NCBI RefSeq assembly: GCF_009914755.1
Contig: NC_060929.1
Reading direction: 5' to 3' (one strand)
DNA length: 64,000 nt
Source: the human T2T-CHM13v2.0 reference genome, Homo sapiens
Made by a program: the position numbers and the translations under genes. The notes under the pieces are model-generated. The model was given only the letters and a program-made list of their open reading frames with translations. It did not search any database and was not told the DNA's origin. Of the stretch, positions 25,601-39,771 are shown one piece after another. The number at the start of each line of letters is the position of its first letter. Position 1 is the stretch's first letter.

Positions 25601-28600
25601 CAAGTGGGGATTTCAGCCGCTTTGAAGTCAAAGGTAGAAAAGGAAATATCTTCCTATAAAAACTAGACAGAATGATTCTCAGAAACTCCTTTGTGATGTG
25701 TGCTTTCAACTCACAGAGTTTAACCTTTCTTTTCATAGAGCAGTTAGGAAACACTCTGTTTGTAAAGTCTGCAAGTGGATATTCAGACCTCTTTGAGGCC
25801 TTCGTTGGAAACGGGTTTTTTTCATATAAGGCTAGACAGAAGAATTCCCAGTAACTTCCTTGTGTTGTGTGTGTTCAACTCACAGAGTTGAACTTTCATT
25901 TACACAGAGCAGATTTGAAACACTCTTTTTGTGGAATTTGCAAATGGAGATTTCAAGCGCTTTGAGGCCAAAGGCAGAAAAGGAAATATCTTCGTATAAA
26001 AACTAGACAGAATCATTCTCAGAAACTGCTCTGCGATGTGTGCGTTCAACTCTCAGAGTTTAACTTTGCTTTTCATTCAGCAGTTTGGAAACACTCTGTT
26101 TGTAAAGTCTGCACGTGGATAATTTGACCACTTAGAGGCCTTCGTTGGAAACGGGTTTTTTTCATGTAAGGCTAGACAGAAGAATTCTCAGTAACTTCCT
26201 TGTGTTGTGTGTATTCAACTCACACAGTTGAACGATCCTTTACACAGAGCAGACTTGTAACACTCTTTTTGTGGAATTTGCAAGTGGAGATTTCAGCCGC
26301 TTTGAAGTCAAAGGTAGAAAAGGAAATATCTTCCTATAAAAACTAGACAGAATGATTCTCAGAAACTCCTTTGTGATGTGTGCGTTCAACTCACAGAGTT
26401 TAACCTTTCTTTTCATAGAGCAGTTAGGAAACACTCTGTTTGTAAAGTCTCCAAGTGGATATTCAGACCTCTTTGAGGCCTTCGTTGGAAACGGGTTTTT
26501 TTCATATAAGGCTAGACAGAAGAATTCCCAGTAACTTCCTTGTGTTGTGTGTGTTCAACTCACAGAGTTGAACTTTGATTTACACAGAGCAGATTTGAAA
26601 CACTCTTTTTGTGGAATTTGCAAGTGGAGATTTCAAGCGCTTTGAGGCCAAAGGCAGAAAAGGAAATATCTTCGTATAAAAACTAGACAGAATCATTCTC
26701 AGAAACTGCTCTGCGATGTGTGCGTTCAACTCTCAGAGTTTAACTTTTCTTCTCATTCAGCAGTTTGGAAACACTCTGTTTGTAAAGTCTGCACGTGGAT
26801 AATTTGACCACTTAGAGGCCTTCGTTGGAAACGGGTTTTTTTCATGTAAGGCTAGACAGAAGAATTCTCAGTAACTTCCTTGTGTTGTGTGTATTCAACT
26901 CACAGAGTTGAACGATCCTTTACACAGAGCAGACTTGTAACACTCTTTTTGTGGAATTTGCAAGTGGAGATTTCAGCCGCTTTGAAGTCAAAGGTAGAAA
27001 AGGAAATATCTTCCTATAAAAACTAGACAGAATGATTCTCAGAAACTCCTTTGTGATGTGTGTGTTCAACTCACAGAGTTTAACCTTTCTTTTCATAGAG
27101 CCGTTAGGAATCACTCTGTTTGTAAAGTCTGCAAGTGGATATTCAGACCTCTTTGAGGCCTTCGTTGGAAACGGGTTTTTTTCATATAAGGCTAGACAGA
27201 AGAATTCCCAGTAACTTCCTTGTGTTGTGTGTGTTCAACTCACAGAGTTGAACTTTCATTTACACAGAGCAGATTTGAAACACTCTTTTTGTGGAATTTG
27301 CAAATGGAGATTTCAAGCGCTTTGAGGCCAAAGGCAGAAAAGGAAATATCTTTGTATAAAAACTAGACAGAATCATTCTCAGAAACTGCTCTGCGATGTG
27401 TGCGTTCAACTCTCAGAGTTTAACTTTGCTTTTCATTCAGCAGTTTGGAAACACTCTGTTTGTAAAGTCTGCACGTGGATAATTTGACCACTTAGAGGCC
27501 TTCGTTGGAAACGGGTTTTTTTCATGTAAGGCTAGACAGAAGAATTCTCAGTAACTTCCTTGTGTTGTGTGTATTCAACTCACACAGTTGAACGATCCTT
27601 TACACAGAGCAGACTTGTAACACTCTTTTTGTGGAATTTGAAAGTGGAGATTTCAGCCGCTTTGAAGTCAAAGGTAGAAAAGGAAATATCTTCCTATAAA
27701 AACTAGACAGAATGATTCTCAGAAACTCCTTTGTGATGTGTGTGTTCAACTCACAGAGTTTAACCTTTCTTTTCATAGAACAGTTAGGAATCACTCTGTT
27801 TGTAAAGTCTGCAAGTGGATATTCAGACCTCTTTGAGGCCTTCGTTGGAAACGGGTTTTTTTCATATAAGGCTAGACAGAAGAATTCCCAGTAACTTCCT
27901 TGTGTTGTGTGTGTTCAACTCACAGAGTTGAACTTTCATTTACACAGAGCAGATTTGAAACACTCTTTTTGTGGAATTTGCAAATGGAGATTTCAAGCGC
28001 TTTGAGGCCAAAGGCAGAAAAGGAAATATCTTTGTATAAAAACTAGACAGAATCATTCTCAGAAACTGCTCTGCGATGTGTGCGTTCAACTCTCAGAGTT
28101 TAACTTTGCTTTTCATTCAGCAGTTTGGAAACACTCTGTTTGTAAAGTCTGCACGTGGATAATTTGACCACTTAGAGGCCTTCGTTGGAAACGGGTTTTT
28201 TTCATGTAAGGCTAGACAGAAGAATTCTCAGTAACTTCCTTGTGTTGTGTGTATTCAACTCACACAGTTGAACGATCCTTTACACAGAGCAGACTTGTAA
28301 CACTCTTTTTGTGGAATTTGCAAGTGGAGATTTCAGCCGCTTTGAAGTCAAAGGTAGAAAAGGAAATATCTTCCTATAAAAACTAGACAGAATGATTCTC
28401 AGAAACTCCTTTGTGATGTGTGCGTTCAACTCACAGAGTTTAACCTTTCTTTTCATAGAGCAGTTAGGAAACACTCTGTTTGTAAAGTCTCCAAGTGGAT
28501 ATTCAGACCTCTTTGAGGCCTTCGTTGGAAACGGGTTTTTTTCATATAAGGCTAGACAGAAGAATTCCCAGTAACTTCCTTGTGTTGTGTGTGTTCAACT

Positions 28601-29400
28601 CACAGAGTTGAACTTTGATTTACACAGAGCAGATTTGAAACACTCTTTTTGTGGAATTTGCAAGTGGAGATTTCAAGCGCTTTGAGGCCAAAGGCAGAAA
28701 AGGAAATATCTTCGTATAAAAACTAGACAGAATCATTCTCAGAAACTGCTCTGCGATGTGTGCGTTCAACTCTCAGAGTTTAACTTTTCTTTTCATTCAG
28801 CAGTTTGGAAACACTCTGTTTGTAAAGTCTGCACGTGGATATTTTGACCACTTAGAGGCCTTCGTTGGAAACGGGTTTTTTTCCTGTAAGGCTAGACAGA
28901 AGAATTCCCAGTAACTTCCTTGTGTTGTGTACATTCAACTCACAGAGTTGAACGTTCCCTTAGACAGAGCAGATTTGAAACACTCTTTTTGTGCAATTGG
29001 CAAGTGGAGATTTCAAGCGCTTTAAGGTCAATGGCAGAAAAGGAAATATCTTCGTTTCAAAACTAGACAGAATCATTCCCACAAACTGCGTTGTGATGTG
29101 TTCGTTCATCTCACAGAGTTTAACCTTTCTTTTCGTAGAGCAGTTAGGAAACAGTCTGTTTGTAAATTCTGTAAGTGGATATTCTGACATCTTGTGGCCT
29201 TCGTTGGAAACGGGATTTCTTCATATTCTGCTAGACAGAAGAATTCTCAGAATCTTCCTTGTGTTGTGTGTATTCAACTCACACAGTTGAACGATTGTTT
29301 ACACAGAGCAGATTTGAAACACTCTTTCTGTGGAATTTGCAAGTGGAGATTTCAGCCGCTTTGAGGTCAATGGTAGAAAAGGAAATATCTTCGTATAAAA
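10685..29400 (+). repeat. Tandem duplication with 8836-bp period (52 monomers: 12+12+28-mer)
   Basis: Private variants recur at +8836: 1-bp deletion ACTGTGTAGAC at ~11898/20734, GCATGTGG at ~12008/20844, CCATCGTTGG at 12887/21723, GAGACCAAAG at ~14412/23248, GTGGGGATT at ~16772/25608, GAGCCGTTA at ~18266/27102 and TTTGAAAGTG at ~18805/27641. The ORF track is identical at the same offset. Confidence 0.93.
13258..15296 (+). repeat. Representative 12-mer unit C-D-E-A-B-A' (2039 bp), the most frequent unit length (8 of 19 complete units)
   Basis: C-to-C spacing is 2038-2039 bp at 11220, 13258, 20056, 22094, 45209, 50647, 56085 and 60503. Confidence 0.88.
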
Positions 29401-32400
29401 AACTAGACAGAATGATTCTCAGAAACTTCTTTGTGATGTGTGCGTTCAACTCACAGAGTTTAACCTTTCTTTTCATGGAGCAGTTAGGAAACACTCTGTT
29501 TGTAAACTCTGCAAGTGGATATTCAGACCTCTTTGAGGCCTTCGTTGGAAACGGGATTTCTTCATACTGTGCTAGACAGAAGAATTCTCAGTAACTTCCT
29601 TGTGTTGTGTGTATTCAACTCACAGAGTTGAACGATCCTTTACACAGAGCAGACTTGAAACACTCTTTTTGTGGAATTTGCAAGTGGAGATTTCAGCCGC
29701 GTTGAGGTCAATGGTAGAAAAGGAAATATCTTCGTATAAAAACTAGACAGAATGATTCTCAGAAACTCCTTTGTGATGTGTGTGTTCAACTCACAGAGTT
29801 TAACATTTCTTTTCATAGAGCAGTTAGGAAACACTCTGTTTGTAAAGTCTGCAAGTGGATATTCAGACCTCTTTGAGGCCTTCGTTGGAAACGGGTTTTT
29901 TTCATATAAGGCTAGAGAGAAGAATTCCCAGTAACTTCCTTGTGTTGTGTGTGTTCAACTCACAGAGTTGAACTTTCATTTACACAGAGCAGATTTGAAA
30001 CACTCTTTTTGTGGAATTTGCAAGTGGAGATTTCAAGCGCTTTCAGGCCAAAGGCAGAAAAGGAAATATCTTCGTATAAAAACTAGACAGAATCATTCTC
30101 AGAAACTGCTCTGCGATGTGTGCGTTCAACTCTCAGAGTTTAACTTTGCTTTTCATTCAGCAGTTTGGAAACACTCTGTTTGTAAAGTCTGCACGTGGAT
30201 AATTTGACCACTTAGAGGCCTTCGTTGGAAACGGGTTTTTTTCATGTAAGGCTAGACAGAAGAATTCTCAGTAACTTCCTTGTGTTGTGTGTATTCAACT
30301 CACAGAGTTGACCGATCCTTTACACAGAGCAGACTTGTAACACTCTTTTTGTGGAATTTGCAAGTGGAGATTTCAGCCGCTTTGAAGTCAAAGGTAGAAA
30401 AGGGAATATCTTCCTATAAAAACTAGACAGAATGATTCTCAGAAACTCCTTTGTGATGTGTGCGTTCAACTCACAGAGTTTAACCTTTCTTTTCATAGAG
30501 CAGTTAGGAAACACTCTGTTTCTAAAGTCTGCAAGTGGATATTCAGACCTCTTTGAGGCCTTCGTTGGAAACGGGTTTTTTTCATATAAGGCTAGAGAGA
30601 AGAATTCCCAGTAACTTCCTTGTGTTGTGTGTGTTCAACTCACAGAGTTGAACTTTCATTTACACAGAGCAGATTTGAAACACTCTTTTTGTGGAATTTG
30701 CAAGTGGAGATTTCAAGCGCTGTGAGGCCAAAGGCAGAAAAGGAAATATCTTCGTATAAAAACTAGACAGAATCATTCTCAGAAACTGCTCTGTGATGTG
30801 TGCGTTCAACTCTCAGAGTTTAACTTTTCTTTTCATTCAGCAGTTTGGAAACACTCTGTTTGTAAAGTCTGCACGTGGATAATTTGACCACTTAGAGGCC
30901 TTCGTTGGAAACGGTTTTTTTTAATGTAAGGCTAGACAGAAGAATTCTCAGTAACTTCCTTGTGTTGTGTGTATTCAACTCACACAGTTGAACGATCCTT
31001 TACACAGAGCAGACTTGTAACACTCTTTTTGTGGAATTTGCAAGTGGAGATTTCAGCCGCTTTGAAGTCAAAGGTGGAAAAGGAAATATCTTCCTATAAA
31101 AACTAGACAGAATGATTCTCAGAAACTCCTTTGTGATGTGTGCGTTCAACTCACAGAGTTTAACCTTTCTTTTCATAGAGCAGTTAGGAAACACTCTGTT
31201 TGTAAAGTCTGCAAGTGGATATTCAGACCTCTTTGAGGCCTTCGTTGGAAACGGGTTTTTTTCATATAAGGCTAGACAGAAGAATTCCCAGTAACTTCCT
31301 TGTGTTGTGTGTGTTCAACTCACAGAGTTGAACTTTCATTTACACAGAGCAGATTTGAAACACTCTTTTTGTGGAATTTGCAAATGGAGATTTCAAGCGC
31401 TTTGAGGCCAAAGGCAGAAAAGGAAATATCTTCGTATAAAAACTAGACAGAATCATTCTCAGAAACTGCTCTGCAATGTGTGCGTTCAACTCTCAGAGTT
31501 TAACTTTTCTTTTCATTCAGCAGTTTGGAAACACTCTGTTTGTAAAGTCTGCACGTGGATAATTTGACCACTTAGAGGCCTTCGTTGGAAACGGGTTTTT
31601 TTCATGTAAGGCTAGACAGAAGAATTCTCAGTAACTTCCTTGTGTTGTGTGTATTCAACTCACAGAGTTGAACGATCCTTTACACAGAGCAGACTTGTAA
31701 CACTCTTTTTGTGGAATTTGCAAGTGGAGATTTCAGCCGCTTTGAAGTCAAAGGTAGAAAAGGAAATATCTTCCTATAAAAACTAGACAGAATGATTCTC
31801 AGAAACTCCTTTGTGATGTGTGCGTTCAACTCACAGAGTTTAACCTTTCTTTTCATAGAGCAGTTAGGAAACACTCTGCTTGTAAAGTCTGCAAGTGGAT
31901 ATTCAGCCCTCTTTGAGGCCTTCGTTGGAAACGGGTTTTTTTCATATAAGGCTAGACAGAAGAATTCCCAGTAACTTCCTTGTGTTGTGTGTGTTCAACT
32001 CACAGAGTTGAACTTTGATTTACACAGAGCAGATTTGAAACACTCTTTTTGTGGAATTTGCAAATGGAGATTTCAAGCGCTTTGAGGCCAAAGGCAGAAA
32101 AGGAAATATCTTCGTATAAAAACTAGACAGAATCATTCTCAGAAACTGCTCTGCGATGTGTGCGTTCAACTCTCAGAGTTTAACTTTGCTTTTCATTCAG
32201 CAGTTTGGAAACACTCTGTTTGTAAAGTCTGCACGTGGATAATTTGACCACTTAGAGGCCTTCGTTGGAAACGGGTTTTTTTCATGTAAGGCTAGACAGA
32301 AGAATTCTCAGTAACTTCCTTGTGTTGTGTGTATTCAACTCACACAGTTGAACGATCCTTTACACAGAGCAGACTTGTAACACTCTTTTTGTGGAATTTG

Positions 32401-35400
32401 CAAGTGGAGATTTCAGCCGCTTTGAAGTCAAAGGTAGAAAAGGAAATATCTTCCTATAAAAACTAGACAGAATGATTCTCAGAAACTCCTTTGTGATGTG
32501 TGCGTTCAACTCACAGAGTTTAACCTTTCTTTTCATAGAGCAGTTAGGAAACACTCTGTTTGTAAAGTCTCCAAGTGGATATTCAGACCTCTTTGAGGCC
32601 TTCGTTGGAAACGGGTTTTTTTCATATAAGGCTAGACAGAAGAATTCCCAGTAACTTCCTTGTGTTGTGTGTGTTCAACTCACAGAGTTGAACTTTCATT
32701 TACACAGAGCAGATTTGAAACACTCTTTTTGTGGAATTTGCAAATGGAGATTTCAAGCGCTTTGAGGCCAAAGGCAGAAAAGGAAATATCTTCGTATAAA
32801 AACTAGACAGAATCATTCTCAGAAACTGCTCTGCGATGTGTGCGTTCAACTCTCAGAGTTTAACTTTGCTTTTCATTCAGCAGTTTGGAAACACTCTGTT
32901 TGTAAAGTCTGCACGTGGATAATTTGACCACTTAGAGGCCTTCGTTGGAAACGGGTTTTTTTCATGTAAGGCTAGACAGAAGAATTCTCAGTAACTTCCT
33001 TGTGTTGTGTGTATTCAACTCACACAGTTGAACGATCCTTTACACAGAGCAGACTTGTAACACTCTTTTTGTGGAATTTGCAAGTGGAGATTTCAGCCGC
33101 TTTGAACTCAAAGGTAGAAAAGGAAATATCTTCCTATAAAAACTAGACAGAATGATTCTCAGAAACTCCTTTGTGATGTGTGCTTTCAACTCACAGAGTT
33201 TAACCTTTCTTTTCATAGAGCAGTTAGGAAACACTCTGTTTGTAACGTCTGCAAGTGGATATTCAGACCTCTTTGAGGCCTTCGTTGGAAACGGGTTTTT
33301 TTCATATAAGGCTAGACAGAAGAATTCCCAGTAACTTCCTTGTGTTGTGTGTGTTCAACTCACAGAGTTGAACTTTCATTTACACAGAGCAGATTTGAAA
33401 CACTCTTTTTGTGGAATTTGCAAATGGAGATTTCAAGCGCTTTGAGGCCAAAGGCAGAAAAGGAAATATCTTCGTATAAAAACTAGACAGAATCATTCTC
33501 AGAAACTGCTCTGCGATGTGTGCGTTCAACTCTCAGAGTTTAACTTTGCTTTTCATTCAGCAGTTTGGAAACACTCTGTTTGTAAAGTCTGCACGTGGAT
33601 AATTTGACCACTTAGAGGCCTTCGTTGGAAACGGGTTTTTTTCATGTAAGGCTAGACAGAAGAATTCTCAGTAACTTCCTTGTGTTGTGTGTATTCAACT
33701 CACACAGTTGAACGATCCTTTACACAGAGCAGACTTGTAACACTCTTTTTGTGGAATTTGCAAGTGGAGATTTCAGCCGCTTTGAAGTCAAAGGTAGAAA
33801 AGGAAATATCTTCCTATAAAAACTAGACAGAATGATTCTCAGAAACTCCTTTGTGATGTGTGCGTTCAACTCACAGAGTTTAACCTTTCTTTTCATAGAG
33901 CAGTTAGGAAACACTCTGTTTGTAAAGTCTCCAAGTGGATATTCAGACCTCTTTGAGGCCTTCGTTGGAAACGGGTTTTTTTCATATAAGGCTAGACAGA
34001 AGAATTCCCAGTAACTTCCTTGTGTTGTGTGTGTTCAACTCACAGAGTTGAACTTTCATTTACACAGAGCAGATTTGAAACACTCTTTTTGTGGAATTTG
34101 CAAGTGGAGATTTCAAGCGCTTTGAGGCCAAAGGCAGAAAAGGAAATATCTTCGTATAAAAACTAGACAGAATCATTCTCAGAAACTGCTCTGCGATGTG
34201 TGCGTTCAACTCTCAGAGTTTAACTTTTCTTCTCATTCAGCAGTTTGGAAACACTCTGTTTGTAAAGTCTGCACGTGGATAATTTGACCACTTAGAGGCC
34301 TTCGTTGGAAACGGGTTTTTTTCATGTAAGGCTAGACAGAAGAATTCTCAGTAACTTCCTTGTGTTGTGTGTATTCAACTCACAGAGTTGAACGATCCTT
34401 TACACAGAGCAGACTTGTAACACTCTTTTTGTGGAATTTGCAAGTGGAGATTTCAGCCGCTTTGAAGTCAAAGGTAGAAAAGGAAATATCTTCCTATAAA
34501 AACTAGACAGAATGATTCTCAGAAACTCCTTTGTGATGTGTGTTTTCAACTCACAGAGTTTAACCTTTCTTTTCATAGAGCAGTTAGGAATCACTCTGTT
34601 TGTAAAGTCTGCAAGTGGATATTCAGACCTCTTTGAGGCCTTCGTTGGAAACGGGTTTTTTTCATATAAGGCTAGACAGAAGAATTCCCAGTAACTTCCT
34701 TGTGTTGTGTGTGTTCAACTCACAGAGTTGAACTTTCATTTACACAGAGCAGATTTGAAACACTCTTTTTGTGGAATTTGCAAATGGAGATTTCAAGCGC
34801 TTTGAGGCCAAAGGCAGAAAAGGAAATATCTTTGTATAAAAACTAGACAGAATCATTCTCAGAAACTGCTCTGCGATGTGTGCGTTCAACTCTCAGAGTT
34901 TAACTTTGCTTTTCATTCAGCAGTTTGGAAACACTCTGTTTGTAAAGTCTGCACGTGGATAATTTGACCACTTAGAGGCCTTCGTTGGAAACGGGTTTTT
35001 TTCATGTAAGGCTAGACAGAAGAATTCTCAGTAACTTCCTTGTGTTGTGTGTATTCAACTCACACAGTTGAACGATCCTTTACACAGAGCAGACTTGTAA
35101 CACTCTTTTTGTGGAATTTGCAAGTGGAGATTTCAGCCGCTTTGAAGTCAAAGGTAGAAAAGGAAATATCTTCCTATAAAAACTAGACAGAATGATTCTC
35201 AGAAACTCCTTTGTGATGTGTGCGTTCAACTCACAGAGTTTAACCTTTCTTTTCATAGAGCAGTTAGGAAACACTCTGTTTGTAAAGTCTCCAAGTGGAT
35301 ATTCAGACCTCTTTGAGGCCTTCGTTGGAAACGGGTTTTTTTCATATAAGGCTAGACAGAAGAATTCCCAGTAACTTCCTTGTGTTGTGTGTGTTCAACT

Positions 35401-38307
35401 CACAGAGTTGAACTTTGATTTACACAGAGCAGATTTGAAACACTCTTTTTGTGGAATTTGCAAGTGGAGATTTCAAGCGCTTTGAGGCCAAAGGCAGAAA
35501 AGGAAATATCTTCGTATAAAAACTAGACAGAATCATTCTCAGAAACTGCTCTGCGATGTGTGCGTTCAACTCTCAGAGTTTAACTTTTCTTTTCATTCAG
35601 CAGTTTGGAAACACTCTGTTTGTAAAGTCTGCACGTGGATATTTTGACCACTTAGAGGCCTTCGTTGGAAACGGGTTTTTTTCCTGTAAGGCTAGACAGA
35701 AGAATTCCCAGTAACTTCCTTGTGTTGTGTACATTCAACTCACAGAGTTGAACGTTCCCTTAGACAGAGCAGATTTGAAACACTCTTTTTGTGCAATTGG
35801 CAAGTGGAGATTTCAAGCGCTTTAAGGTCAATGGCAGAAAAGGAAATATCTTCGTTTCAAAACTAGACAGAATCATTCCCACAAACTGCGTTGTGATGTG
35901 TTCGTTCATCTCACAGAGTTTAACCTTTCTTTTCGTAGAGCAGTTAGGAAACAGTCTGTTTGTAAATTCTGTAAGTGGATATTCTGACATCTTGTGGCCT
36001 TCGTTGGAAACGGGATTTCTTCATATTCTGCTAGACAGAAGAATTCTCAGAATCTTCCTTGTGTTGTGTGTATTCAACTCACACAGTAGAACGATTGTTT
36101 ACACAGAGCAGATTTGAAACACTCTTTCTGTGGAATTTGCAAGTGGAGATTTCAGCCGCTTTGAGGTCAATGGTAGAAAAGGAAATATCTTCGTATAAAA
36201 AACTAGACAGAATGATTCTCAGAAACTTCTTTGTGATGTGTGCGTTCAACTCACAGAGTTTAACCTTTCTTTTCATGGAGCAGTTAGGAAACACTCTGTT
36301 TGTAAACTCTGCAAGTGGATATTCAGACCTCTTTGAGGCCTTCGTTGGAAACGGGATTTCTTCATACTGTGCTAGACAGAAGAATTCTCAGTAACTTCCT
36401 TGTGTTGTGTGTATTCAACTCACAGAGTTGAACGATCCTTTACACAGAGCAGACTTGAAACACTCTTTTTGTGGAATTTGCAAGTGGAGATTTCAGCCGC
36501 GTTGAGGTCAATGGTAGAAAAGGAAATATCTTCGTATAAAAACTAGACAGAATGATTCTCAGAAACTCCTTTGTGATGTGTGTGTTCAACTCACAGAGTT
36601 TAACATTTCTTTTCATAGAGCAGTTAGGAAACACTCTGTTTGTAAAGTCTGCAAGTGGATATTCAGACCTCTTTGAGGCCTTCGTTGGAAACGGGTTTTT
36701 TTCATATAAGGCTAGAGAGAAGAATTCCCAGTAACTTCCTTGTGTTGTGTGTGTTCAACTCACAGAGTTGAACTTTCATTTACACAGAGCAGATTTGAAA
36801 CACTCTTTTTGTGGAATTTGCAAGTGGAGATTTCAAGCGCTTTCAGGCCAAAGGCAGAAAAGGAAATATCTTCGTATAAAAACTAGACAGAATCATTCTC
36901 AGAAACTGCTCTGCGATGTGTGCGTTCAACTCTCAGAGTTTAACTTTTCTTTTCATTCAGCAGTTTGGAAACACTCTGTTTGTAAAGTCTGCACGTGGAT
37001 AATTTGACCACTTAGAGGCCTTCGTTGGAAACGGGTTTTTTTCATGTAAGGCTAGACAGAAGAATTCTCAGTAACTTCCTTGTGTTGTGTGTATTCAACT
37101 CACAGAGTTGACCGATCCTTTACACAGAGCAGACTTGTAACACTCTTTTTGTGGAATTTGCAAGTGGAGATTTCAGCCGCTTTGAAGTCAAAGGTAGAAA
37201 AGGGAATATCTTCCTATAAAAACTAGACAGAATGATTCTCAGAAACTCCTTTGTGATGTGTGCGTTCAACTCACAGAGTTTAACCTTTCTTTTCATAGAG
37301 CAGTTAGGAAACACTCTGTTTCTAAAGTCTGCAAGTGGATATTCAGACCTCTTTGAGGCCTTCGTTGGAAACGGGTTTTTTTCATATAAGGCTAGACAGA
37401 AGAATTCCCAGTAACTTCCTTGTGTTGTGTGTGTTCAACTCACAGAGTTGAACTTTCATTTACACAGAGCAGATTTGAAACACTCTTTTTGTGGAATTTG
37501 CAAGTGGAGATTTCAAGCGCTTTGAGGCCAAAGGCAGAAAAGGAAATATCTTCGTATAAAAACTAGACAGAATCATTCTCAGAAACTGCTCTGTGATGTG
37601 TGCGTTCAACTCTCAGAGTTTAACTTTTCTTTTCATTCAGCAGTTTGGAAACACTCTGTTTGTAAAGTCTGCACGTGGATAATTTGACCACTTAGAGGCC
37701 TTCGTTGGAAACGGTTTTTTTTAATGTAAGGCTAGACAGAAGAATTCTCAGTAACTTCCTTGTGTTGTGTGTATTCAACTCACACAGTTGAACGATTCTT
37801 TACACAGAGCAGACTTGTAACACTCTTTTTGTGGAATTTGCAAGTGGAGATTTCAGCCGCTTTGAAGTCAAAGGTGGAAAAGGAAATATCTTCCTATAAA
37901 AACTAGACAGAATGATTCTCAGAAACTCCTTTGTGATGTGTGCGTTCAACTCACAGAGTTTAACCTTTCTTTTCATAGAGCAGTTAGGAAACACTCTGTT
38001 TGTAAAGTCTGCAAGTGGATATTCAGACCTCTTTGAGGCCTTCGTTGGAAACGGGTTTTTTTCATATAAGGCTAGACAGAAGAATTCCCAGTAACTTCCT
38101 TGTGTTGTGTGTGTTCAACTCACAGAGTTGAACTTTCATTTACACAGAGCAGATTTGAAACACTCTTTTTGTGGAATTTGCAAATGGAGATTTCATGCGC
38201 TTTGAGGCCAAAGGCAGAAAAGGAAATATCTTCGTATAAAAACTAGACAGAATCATTCTCAGAAACTGCTCTGCAATGTGTGCGTTCAACTCTCAGAGTT
38301 TAACTTT
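27872..38307 (+). repeat. Copy of window positions 1-10436 at an offset of 27,871 bp
   Basis: ORF variants from 409 to 10223 recur at +27871. Copy-specific SNVs also recur: CAGTAGAA at 8217/36088, GATTCTTT at 9926/37797 and TTCATGCG at 10325/38196. The first mismatch I saw is 10437 G versus 38308 T. Confidence 0.93.
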
Positions 38308-39771
38308 TCTTTTCATTCAGCAGTTTGGAAACACTCTGTTTGTAAAGTCTGCACGTGGATAATTTGACCACTTAGAGGCCTTCGTTGGAAACGGGTTTTT
38401 TTCATGTAAGGCTAGACAGAAGAATTCTCAGTAACTTCCTTGTGTTGTGTGTATTCAACTCACAGAGTTGAACGATCCTTTACACAGAGCAGACTTGTAA
38501 CACTCTTTTTGTGGAATTTGCAAGTGGAGATTTCAGCCGCTTTGAAGTCAAAGGTAGAAAAGGAAATATCTTCCTATAAAAACTAGACAGAATGATTCTC
38601 AGAAACTCCTTTGTGATGTGTGCGTTCAACTCACAGAGTTTAACCTTTCTTTTCATAGAGCAGTTAGGAAACACTCTGCTTGTAAAGTCTGCAAGTGGAT
38701 ATTCAGCCCTCTTTGAGGCCTTCGTTGGAAACGGGTTTTTTTCATATAAGGCTAGACAGAAGAATTCCCAGTAACTTCCTTGTGTTGTGTGTGTTCAACT
38801 CACAGAGTTGAACTTTCATTTACACAGAGCAGATTTGAAACACTCTTTTTGTGGAATTTGCAAATGGAGATTTCAAGCGCTTTGAGGCCAAAGGCAGAAA
38901 AGGAAATATCTTCGTATAAAAACTAGACAGAATCATTCTCAGAAACTGCTCTGCGATGTGTGCGTTCAACTCTCAGAGTTTAACTTTGCTTTTCATTCAG
39001 CAGTTTGGAAACACTCTGTTTGTAAAGTCTGCACGTGGATAATTTGACCACTTAGAGGCCTTCGTTGGAAACGGGTTTTTTTCATGTAAGGCTAGACAGA
39101 AGAATTCTCAGTAACTTCCTTGTGTTGTGTGTATTCAACTCACACAGTTGAACGATCCTTTACACAGAGCAGACTTGTAACACTCTTTTTGTGGAATTTG
39201 CAAGTGGAGATTTCAGCCGCTTTGAAGTCAAAGGTAGAAAAGGAAATATCTTCCTATAAAAACTAGACAGAATGATTCTCAGAAACTCCTTTGTGATGTG
39301 TGCGTTCAACTCACAGAGTTTAACCTTTCTTTTCATAGAGCAGTTAGGAAACACTCTGTTTGTAAAGTCTCCAAGTGGATATTCAGACCTCTTTGAGGCC
39401 TTCGTTGGAAACGGGTTTTTTTCATATAAGGCTAGACAGAAGAATTCCCAGTAACTTCCTTGTGTTGTGTGTGTTCAACTCACAGAGTTGAACTTTGATT
39501 TACACAGAGCAGATTTGAAACACTCTTTTTGTGGAATTTGCAAGTGGAGATTTCAAGCGCTTTGAGGCCAAAGGCAGAAAAGGAAATATCTTCGTATAAA
39601 AACTAGACAGAATCATTCTCAGAAACTGCTCTGCGATGTGTGCGTTCAACTCTCAGAGTTTAACTTTTCTTTTCATTCAGCAGTTTGGAAACACTCTGTT
39701 TGTAAAGTCTGCACGTGGATATTTTGACCACTTAGAGGCCTTCGTTGGAAACGGGTTTTTTTCCTGTAAGG

